Assembly (NCBI GenBank): GCA_013265495.1
Contig: MU058844.1
Span: 7,191,260 to 7,255,259, forward strand
Length of the DNA stretch: 64,000 nucleotides
Reading direction: 5' to 3'
Source of the DNA: Vicugna vicugna
Taxonomy: Eukaryota
In this document: positions 63,964 through 64,000 of the stretch, piece by piece
Layout: every line of letters begins with the position of its first letter
How positions within the stretch are numbered: position 1 is the first letter of the stretch
The notes under the pieces: model-generated
What the model was told of the DNA's origin: nothing
The model's database searches: none
The model's input: only the letters and a program-made list of their open reading frames with translations
Program-made: the position numbers and the translations under genes

Positions 63964-64000
63964 ATTTGTTATAAATTTCTGCAGAAAATAATTCTGAAAT

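Overview
This is AT-rich, CpG-depleted mammalian (eutherian) genomic DNA that looks intergenic or deep intronic. I can support no protein-coding gene, RNA gene or CRISPR array. The supplied short ORFs are chance ORFs or fall inside decayed retroelements. Much of the window is recognisable fossil interspersed repeat: L2 and MIR, L1 3' fragments of several ages, MaLR/ERV LTR pieces, and DNA-transposon relics (MER20-, MER63-, MER82-, Charlie18a- and Tip100/Zaphod-like). The youngest L1 3' UTRs are of the cetartiodactyl type. I see no Alu, B1/B2, Bov-tA/Bov-A2, CHR, PRE1, Can-SINE or ERE, so a camelid-like host is my inference. Repeat family names come from recalled consensus motifs rather than a RepeatMasker run, and boundaries are approximate. 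The most notable unexplained structures are: a ~200-bp fold-back element built from a 28-bp unit (46755-46956); a perfect 40-bp palindrome (18805-18844); a CpG-retaining ~750-bp segment flanked by an 8-bp direct repeat (41078-41843); an A-tailed LTR fragment (4040-4205); a tandem GAAAGT/AAGTGA IRF-type array (25562-25652); a textbook twin-primed L1 inversion (44270-45364); and a few weak minus-strand exon candidates. I did not find convincing evidence of a new biological system.
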